Shown: positions 55,778 through 64,000 of the stretch, piece by piece | How positions within the stretch are numbered: the first letter of the stretch is position 1 | Layout of the letters: the number at the start of each line of letters is the position of its first letter | DNA from: Eledone cirrhosa | Lineage: Eukaryota | Assembly: GCA_964016885.1 (NCBI GenBank) | Contig: OZ024742.1 | Location: forward strand, 114,142,001-114,206,000 | Direction of reading: 5' to 3' | DNA: 64,000 nucleotides | Program-made: the position numbers and the translations under genes | The notes under the pieces: generated by a model | Told to the model about the DNA's origin: nothing | Seen by the model: the letters and a program-made list of their open reading frames with translations, nothing else | Databases searched by the model: none

Positions 55778-58700
55778 TTACAGACACATACTCAGAGAAG
55801 GCCCATTCATTCGGGCCATACTTGCTTCTCTCACCCATATTTCAACAAAATGCTGGGAAGAGAGCACTTCCCTCTCTACCCTGATTTTCCTTTTCAAATG
55901 AAATTTGAAAAAGTTAATCAGGACATCACCGAAGTGCTCGTCTTCAGCCCTTTCAAACGTGTCCACCATACTATCGCTTTCGCCATGGCTACCAGACAGA
56001 TAAAAACTGCCTGCCCTTCCCGGCTAAAGGAAGGGGGCGGGGCAATCCTCACGATGGACTCAGCTGATAGCTGGATCCGTCCTACACGTGACAGCAGGTG
56101 TTCGACATAAACCCACAAGTCAGCAATGCTCGGACACTGGACGAGTGCGTGCAGGACGGTTTCGTCGCCCTGCGCGCATCTCGGACATGCCCGGCTGACG
56201 GCACCTCCATGCCTGTAGAGTTTATCCCGAACTGGCAAAGCTCCTCGGTAGCACTGCCAGGCCAGGGATTTCTGGAAGTTGTCCACAGGCCCCGGCCCGA
56301 AAGTCCTTCCGAAGAGATTGGCTAGTTGATTTTCGTCGACGCCAAGAGTTTCTCCAATACGTCGTCGCTCTTCCCCTCCACTAATCCCCTATAGAACGCC
56401 AGGGTGGAGTTTCCACCGATCACATTGCCCAATTGGTCGAGGGCTGTGAGCGCCTGAAGACATTCCAGTCTCCAAGCGCTCCCTCTCGGTCTTCGCTTGA
56501 CCCAGCACTGCAGCTCCGTCAAGGAGACGAGCAGGGTAAAAACGTGTCTAGCAAACGGCGACCACACCTGATCACCGTCGAGGAAGAGGTGGAGATGTCG
56601 TAACCTGAGCGCGTGTGTGCGCATCATCAGCCACGGCATGCCCAGCCCTCCACGTAGCGGGTGTTGACAGCAGATGGACCGCCTGACCATCGGAGCGCGT
56701 CCCTTCCACAAGAAGCGAAAGAGCAAACGCTCCAGCGCAGTCAGGCGGGGCTTAGGACAAGGTACGACGGTCAGGCGGTAGTAGATGACGGATGCGATGT
56801 ACGCATTCGCCACCTCCGCTCGACCTTTCAGGGATCGCTTCCTCTCGGCCCATTTCTGGGTGAGAGAAGCCACCCTGCTCGTCACCTCGTCCCAGTTTTT
56901 GTCCGTCTGGAGGTCTGGACCGAACCAGATCCCTAGCAATTTAACCGGTCCGTCCGTTCAGCGCCCGACGACGCTGTTGGATGGCATGGACCTGCCTCTC
57001 CTGGTGCCGAGCTGCAGGCCCACTGACTTTTCCTGGTTGATCATTGCTCCTGTCACCGCTTCGTATTCTCTTAGTGTAGTGTCGATCGCCTCGATGTGTT
57101 TGGCGTTCGACACCACTACGGTGACATCGTCGGCATATGCTGACACGGATTTTCCGCATCCTAGTTCGAGCTGGACCCCCCTCAACGTCTCCAGTTTGTG
57201 CAGTAATGGCTCGAGAGTTAATACGTACAATAGGGACGAGAGGGAACATCCTTGGCGGACCGAGCGCATGATGTTGAACGGTTCCGAAAGGTGACCGTTC
57301 ACTCTCACTACAGAGCAGATGTCGCTGTGCATGGCAGCGATCCAGCCTCTGAAGACGGGCCCAAAGCCAGCCGCCCTCAGGACTGCCGCTAGGTAACGAT
57401 GGTCGACCCTATCGAAGGCTTTCGACTGATCTAAATTGATCAAAGACCCACCCGTGCCATGTTCCCTAGCTACCCTCTCTACGATGTATCGCATGAGGTG
57501 GAGGTTGTCGTGGATGGATCTGTCGGGAATGGCGCATGTCTGTGCCTCTCCCACCAGACCACCAACGACAAGCGCCAACCTCTTTGCTAGCACCTTGGCC
57601 AAAATCTTGAACTCTGTGTTTAGCAGAGTTATGGGCCTAAAATTATCTATGTTATCCCCCTTGTTCGGATCCTTTCTCAGCAGCCCCACCGCTCCTCGGC
57701 TCACAGAGCTGGGAATTCTCCCGTTCTGTTGCCAGTTGCAGTAGACGTCCGCCAAGAGGCCTCCGAACAAGTTTGGCATTTGTACGTAAAGTTCATAGGG
57801 CAGACCATCCAAACCAGGCGATTTACCCCTTGTGCAACTAGTCATTGCATCCCGAACTTCAGCGGTTGTTATCGGCTTTTCGCAACACTCCGCCTCAGTG
57901 GCCGAAAGCCGCGGCAGTCCGTCGAGGTAGACACTAAAGTCCATCCCTCGATCCGGCCCTCCAATGCCCCCGAACAGTTGAGCGAAGTGTCGCTGAAAAG
58001 CTTCACACATTTGCCCGGGATCTAATTTTCTAACTAATTCTCCCTCTGCTCTATTTTTCTCTATTGCTAAAGTCTTACTAAACCTAATGGACTCTATTCT
58101 AATTGCTCTTTTTAGAGCAAACCACCACTTGTTGTTGACGATGACCCCGTCAACGCCCTCTTAACTAGTTCGCTAATCCGGTCTCTGTAGGCCTTGCGCG
58201 CTGGTAAGGACGCGTTTAGCTTCCAGTAGCCGGGTCCTCGTCTATGAAGCCTATCTAAGTCAAGCACACAGATCACGAATTTGTGGTCCGTGTAGCTGAC
58301 TATCTTGAATTGTGGACAGCCTATGCTAGAACTATCTATTTCCCTACAAAATACTCTATCTAGATATGATCTGGATGCGATTTGTCCAAGTCCACATTGG
58401 TACATTCGGGAAATCCATTCGGTACCTGTCAGACAGTTCAAAACGTCTGAGCAGGTTGGTGAGACTCTTGCACCCTCCTTCCCTATCCACTAATCCCACA
58501 CAATCCCAGCGTGCATCTAAGATCCCGTTCCAGTCGCCCACTAACACTAAAGAGCGGGACGTTCCAAGAAAGGTCTCCAGACGCCGGAAGAAACCAGCCC
58601 GCCCTGCTCCTGTCGGGGCATAGACGGCCACTAACCTGAAAGCTTGCCTGTCTCCGCTGGTCACGTCCAGCACCACCAACTTACCTTCTGGGTCCAGGAA

Positions 58701-58955
58701 GATGGCCCGTATGGCGAGATCCAAACCTCTCCGAAAAAGCACAGCAACTCCTCCCCCCGATCCCGGACGGCTGCAAGATGCGTACACATCGTAGCCGCCG
58801 AAGATCGGTGCGAAAGCCTGTGCTTCGGAGATTCTGGTCTCGCTGATGGCCACTACATCTATGTTTAGTGACCTGAAGTCGTTGAGCAGGTGGCCCTGCT
58901 TCCATGACGACCCCAAGCCACGCGCATTTATGCTGCCTATTCTGAGTGAGGTCAT
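55778..58955 (-). pseudogene. Tx1 ORF2 (APE-RT-CCHC), frameshifted
   Basis: APE motifs SINARGL, ISET, VGDWN, YLDRVF and YTDHK. RT motifs KSPGLDGLP, FRPITLLN, LDQSKAFDRV, RQGCSLS and AYADD. C-terminal CPRC..H..C. Confidence 0.9.
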
Positions 58956-58989
58956 GTTGAAAAGGAGTGGAAAAGATGGGAAAGACCAC

Positions 58990-60904
58990 TTACCTTACTT
59001 CTCGTAGGGGAAGGACGGTTTTTCCATCCTTTTCACTGCTTGTGGCCTCCTCAGGAAGGATGTCCTTATAAATCCTCCTGGAGAGTGCTTGTAGGAAGTC
59101 TCCGATGTCTTTGGGGAATTTTTGTTTTAGTGTCATGTACGTTTTCTGTGTGATGCGAGTGATTTGTATGTGTGGAGGTGGTGTGAATTTTGGGGTTGTT
59201 GTGTAGTCTTTTTCTGTGATGCTGGTGTTGTGTTGGATGTAGTGTAATAATTGGTTGTTGTTCAAATTTAATGCTGTGTAGTGTGTATCGTTTTGGTTGT
59301 TTTGTTTCGTTTGCGTTTGTTGTGGGTTTGTTTCTGTTTCGCATTTTGGTGACGTTTGTGGTGTAGGTGATGGTGGTGTTGGAGTTAATGATGGTGATGG
59401 TGTTGGTGTTTGGGTTGATGGGGTTGGTGATGCTGGTGTGGATGGTGGCATATCTGTCCTAACTTTTTTGTTTCTTAGTTTATTTGTTTCCCTCTCTATT
59501 TTGTTTTTGGAGGGGGAAGGAAGAGAATTTTTTCTTTTTTGGTTTCTTTTTTTTTTCCGGATATCGTTTCCCACTCCTCGTCGTCACAATCTGTCTCCAG
59601 TTGTGATAGGCCGGGGAGTGGAAAATCCTCCACAGCCGTTAGTTTTGGTTGTGGTGGATGGTGTAGGCGCTGGTGCTAGTTCTGAAGCGTTGGGTGGTAG
59701 TGGTGTTGGTTTTGCTGGTGGTGGTAGTGGTGTTGGTGTTGCTACTGTTGCTGGGGTTGTTGCTGTTATAGTGGCTTCTGTTGTTGCCGCTACAGTTGTT
59801 GCTGCCATCTCTCCTACTGGTGGTGTTGATGGTTGTGTCACTGGGGTGGGTAGGAGAGGTGGCCTCAACCTTTTAGCCTGAGGGCAGAAAGCCCTTAGGT
59901 GGGTTCCTTCACCACAAACGACACACATAGGTCTTCTGCCCTCGACAATTACCGTGAGGTGGCTGCCGTCAGTGATGTCTATTACCTCTGGGATCTCCTC
60001 AATGCTTTTTTGGTCCGCTTGGATTAGGAGCTCCATCCCAGATCCGGACCAGTTTTCCTGCTTTTCTTTTGCTATTGCTATTATTTTCGTGTTGGCTTCG
60101 ATGCCGCCGAGGACAGCCGCTATTAGCCAGGGAATTTCGATGGCCGGTGGAACGTGGGTCACCCTGATCTTTACGAGTCTCTGGCCACAATAGCTTGGGA
60201 CGAGTGTGAAGTCGTCACTTTTTAATGGGGCCATGGAGTGTTCTCTAGCCTCCTCTGGTGTTTCAAAGAACACATCCACGGTTCCATACTTTTGCCCACG
60301 TCTGATGTGGGTTTTTCTTGCCCACACATGTCCCAAAGCTTTTTGGATTTGGGACTCGGATACCCGTTCCAGTCGGCGCGATTTTACATTTATTGTTATA
60401 TACAACACGGTGCATAGGCGCCGATGCTCCATTTTATTAGGTGGGGGTGGGGGGGAGGCTGACCCTGTACCCATCTTTTTTTCCCATTTGTTTGGCATTT
60501 TCTAAATCCTCTTGAGTTACCGTGAATGCTTCGAACTGTTTTGCTACTATGGCGAAACTGAGGGTCGGTTTTATAATGTCATTGTTGTTGTTGTTGCTAT
60601 CGTTATTTGTGTTAATATTTATTTTAGTTTCAGTTGTGGTGGTGGTGTCGTCAGTCGTCTTTGGTGCGGAAGAGTCCATTTTGCTAGATTTCATTTCGAC
60701 ATCACGAGTTAATTTATTTTTTTCTTCTTTTGTTTCTGTTTTCGCGGTGGTGGTGGGGGTGGGGGTTGTCGCGGTGGTGGTGGTGGTGGAGGCTTTAACA
60801 CCTGCAGTTATTGGTAATGGCGGGAAATGAATGTCTGCCTGAGACAAATTTAAAATATTGCTACTGCTTATATTTTTTTTTTGTGTTGGCAAACGTAGTA
60901 ACAT
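58990..60904 (-). pseudogene. Tx1 ORF1 (gag-like, zinc knuckle), frameshifted
   Basis: CVVCGEGTHLRAFC (CX2CX4HX4C) in ORF 59584-60498, with Thr/Pro-rich flanks. Confidence 0.8.
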
Positions 60905-61191
60905 TTACAATGGTGGTGTCGGTGTGAGGTGTTATTTTGTGAGGAAGGCTTTCAGCTGCTTCGTGCAGAGGGGAATTAGCCATTTTTTTTCAAAGAAATT
61001 TTTGGATAATAATAAAAGTTAAAATTTTGGGCACAAGGCCCGAATCTTTTTGGGTGTCCTTTTCGGAAAACAATGTATGTGTGCTTATAAACAGTTAACA
61101 AAAAAATTGTCCATAAATGGCAATTTTTAACAAACGGAAATAACAAACCTTTGCGGAGCTCACGATGATACGATTTACTACGTAGGTCGCC

Positions 61192-61254
<63 letters not shown>

Positions 61255-61260
61255 AATAAT

Positions 61261-61440
61261 AGGGATGGTTAAAGAAAATCGGCCCCTTCACGCTTTTTGG
61301 AACGCTTTAAAAGGCATGCTTGCTTGGAACAGCAAGAACCCTCCGATACGTCCTGAATATCTGAGGCTGCAGGTAGTGGCTTGATATTCATTCCAACGGA
61401 CTTTCCAGTTAACCAACATCAATGACAGAGATTCAAGGAA
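61261..61440 (+). mobile_element. 3' stub of a second R4/Dong-like family
   Basis: Manual translation KACLLGTARTLRYVLNI* parallels KIVLMGTAHILRKILSI*; flanked by (AAT)n. Confidence 0.65.
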
Positions 61441-61447
61441 TAACAAC

Positions 61448-61500
<53 letters not shown>

Positions 61501-62615
61501 GGGAATCACATGATTGGATGATCAAACTCGTTTTGAAACACGAAAGCATCAAAAGATCATATTCCATTACAAAAGATGCACAAAGATACAGTAATGGACT
61601 ACAAATTTCAGAAGTCCCATTTACTGCTGAAATGGAAAACACAGAAAAAGCAAAGCAGGTAAAAGTAACTGCAAAGAAAGAACTACTACAGAAACTGGCT
61701 AAGAAATGGCAAGAAAAGCCTCTGTATGGAAAATACCCAGAGCGAGCTAACAATCCTGATGTTGACAAAACTTTAACCCATCAGTGGTTGGCATCCTCTG
61801 GACTGAAATCGGAGACTGAAGGACTGATTATATCGGCACAAGATCAGTGTCTGCCAACAAAAAATTACCAAGCCAACATAATAAAAAATGGGTGCAGCCC
61901 ATTATGCCGTGTATGCAAAAAACAACCATTGACCATTGACCATATAATTTCAATGTGCAGTCCTATAGCTCCAACCGAATACCTAAACAGGCATGACAGA
62001 GCTGCACAATACATACATTGGATAATGTGTAAGCATTTTGACCTGCCCCATCAAAATAATTGGTGGGAGCATCAACCACCTCCCATACTTGAAAAAGATC
62101 ACATCTCAATCTTGTGGAACTTTAGCATCCAAACAGACCAAAAAATAGATGCAAACAGACCTGATATAATATTGAAAGACTTTCAAAAGAGGGTATGCCT
62201 GCTAATTGATATGTCTGTTCCAATAGACAAGAATGTATCTATAAAAACATTTGAAAAATTGAGAAAGTATAAGGACCTGGAGATAGAAATTGGAAAAAAG
62301 TGGAAATTGAGAACTAAAACAATACCAGTGGTTTTAGGCGCTCTGGGAATTATACCTAAGGGGTCTAATGATTACATATCGCAAATCCCAGGAAACCCGC
62401 GTATAGGAGAAATACAAAAGATAGTACTAATGGGAACTGCCCATATACTAAGGAAGATTCTGTCAATATAAGTACATCACAAGTCTAAACACTAAAGATG
62501 CATGTGTGAATATGTATGTTCTTTCTTGAACATGGCGGACCTTGTTGTCTCTTGAGGTCACTGGTTGTTACTTGGTGATAACTTGTATGAACATAAAGCA
62601 AGATAAATGCAACTG
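61501..62615 (+). mobile_element. R4/Dong-clade LINE, 5'-truncated (open C-terminal frame to 62471)
   Basis: CCHC CRVCKKQPLTIDHIISMC, RHD, RPDIIL, IDMSVP and KYKDL; (TAA)n tail. Confidence 0.9.
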
Positions 62616-62640
62616 TAATAATAATAATAATAATAATAAT

Positions 62641-64000
62641 AAAAACTTACAAATATCTAGGTGTTTGTGAAGGAGACTGAATCAAGCACTCGACAATGAG
62701 GGAAAGGATAAGGAAGGAATGTTACCGCAGAGTAAGAGCAATCTTAAGAACGGAATTGAATGCAAGGAATAGGATCGATGCCATAAACACGCTTGCCATA
62801 CCAGTAGTAACCTACAGTTGCAATGTCATCAAATGGTCAAGCACAGAGATCCGTAGGCTCGATACAAAAATTCGAAAATTCTTAACCATGCACAGAATGC
62901 ATCACCCTAAGGCAGATATAGATAGAATATATCTCCCTAGGAAAGAAGGAGGACGTGGGTTAATCCAGTTAGACATTGCGTTGAAAACTGCAACAATTGG
63001 ATTATCTACATATCTAAGGGAATCACATGATTGGATGATCAAACTCGTTTTGAAACACGAAAGCATCAAAAGATCATATTCCATTACAAAAGATGCACAC
63101 AGATACAGTAATGGACTACACATTTCAGAAGTCCCATTTACTGCTGAAATGGAAAACACAGAAAAAGCATAGCAGGTAAAAGTAACTGCAAAGAAAGAAC
63201 TGCTACAGAAACTGGCTAAGAAATGGCAAGAAAAGCCTCTGTATGGAAAATACCCAGAGCGAGCTAACAATCCTGACGTTGACAAAACTTTTACCCATCA
63301 GTGGTTGGCATCCTCTGGACTGAAATCGGAGACTGAAGGACTGATTATATCGGCACAAGATCAGTGTCTGCCAACAAAAAATTACCAAGCCAACATAATA
63401 AAAAATGGGTGCAGCCCATTATGCCGTGTATGCAAAACACAACCAGAGACCATTGACCATATAATTTCAATGTACAGTCCTATAGCTCCAACCGAATACC
63501 TAAACAGCCATGACAGAGCTGCACAATACATACATTGGATAATGTGTAAGCATTTTGACCTGCCCCATCAAAAGAATTGGTGGGAGCATCAACCACCTCC
63601 CATACTTGAAAAAGATCACATCTCAATCTTGTGGAACTTTAGCATCAAAACAGACCGAAAAATAGATGCAAACAGACCTGATATAATATTGAAAGACTTT
63701 CAAAAGAGCGTATGCCTGCTAATTGATATGTCTGTTCCAATAGACAATTATGTATCTATAAAAACATTTGAAAAATTGAGCAAGTATAAGGACCTGGAGA
63801 TAGAAATTGGAAAAATGTGGAAATTGAGAACTAAAACAATACCAGTGGTTGTAGGCGCTTTGGGAATTATACCTAAGGGGTCTAATGATTACTTATCGCA
63901 AATCCCAGGAAACCAGCGTATAGGAGAAATACAAAATATAGTACTAATGGGAACTGCCCATATACTAAGGAAGATTCTGTCAATATAAGTACATCACAAG
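62641..64000 (+). mobile_element. R4/Dong-clade LINE, 5'-truncated, runs off the window
   Basis: YKYLG, RIYLPRKEGGRGL, CCHC and RLE motifs; one in-frame stop near 63170. Confidence 0.9.

Larger units (their letters stand above)
55534..61191 (-). mobile_element. Near full-length Tx1/L1-clade LINE within (AAT)n
   Basis: ORF1 and ORF2 are in order; AATAAA lies just before the 3' end; (AAT)n tracts flank both sides. Confidence 0.9.

Noticed and set aside
56098-60830. Plus-strand ORFs overlapping the Tx1 element
   Set aside because: Antisense shadows of GC-richer coding sequence, with no motifs.
61028-61041. GGCACAAGGCC shared between the Tx1 5' region and the SINE tail
   Set aside because: Only an 11-bp match, and at the wrong end of the LINE for a SINE-LINE partner.
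61422-61500. N-terminus of the 349-aa ORF (poly-Ile)
   Set aside because: Chance read-through across (ATA)n into a truncated Dong copy.

Overview
Eukaryotic (animal) AT-rich genomic DNA made almost entirely of decayed transposons and (TA)n/(AAT)n microsatellites. The tRNA-derived SINE family and the microsatellite load resemble octopod cephalopods (inference). No intact host gene is evident, and most ORFs in the supplied track are microsatellite artefacts. Contents: at least seven Penelope-like element (PLE) remnants with RT and/or GIY-YIG motifs; one Helitron RepHel pseudogene plus non-autonomous Helitrons; one APE-RT LINE of the CR1/L2 group; two Tx1/L1-clade copies (one near full length); four R4/Dong (RLE) fragments packed into an (AAT)n hotspot; six SINE copies. 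The main signal is about 25 type-I hammerhead ribozyme (HHR) motifs or remnants from roughly a dozen sequence families, found by eye. They sit in PLE 3' ends and in non-coding retrozyme-like elements. These include tandem arrays of a ~480-570 bp monomer with one HHR and one internal (TA)n tract per unit (7192-9175, 22502-23826), HHRs with very long stem II insertions, U3-A8 and C4 core variants, and a recurring 'tails-out' inverted architecture bordered by (TA)n. All ribozyme calls come from manual pairing and have not been folded or tested. Element boundaries are approximate.
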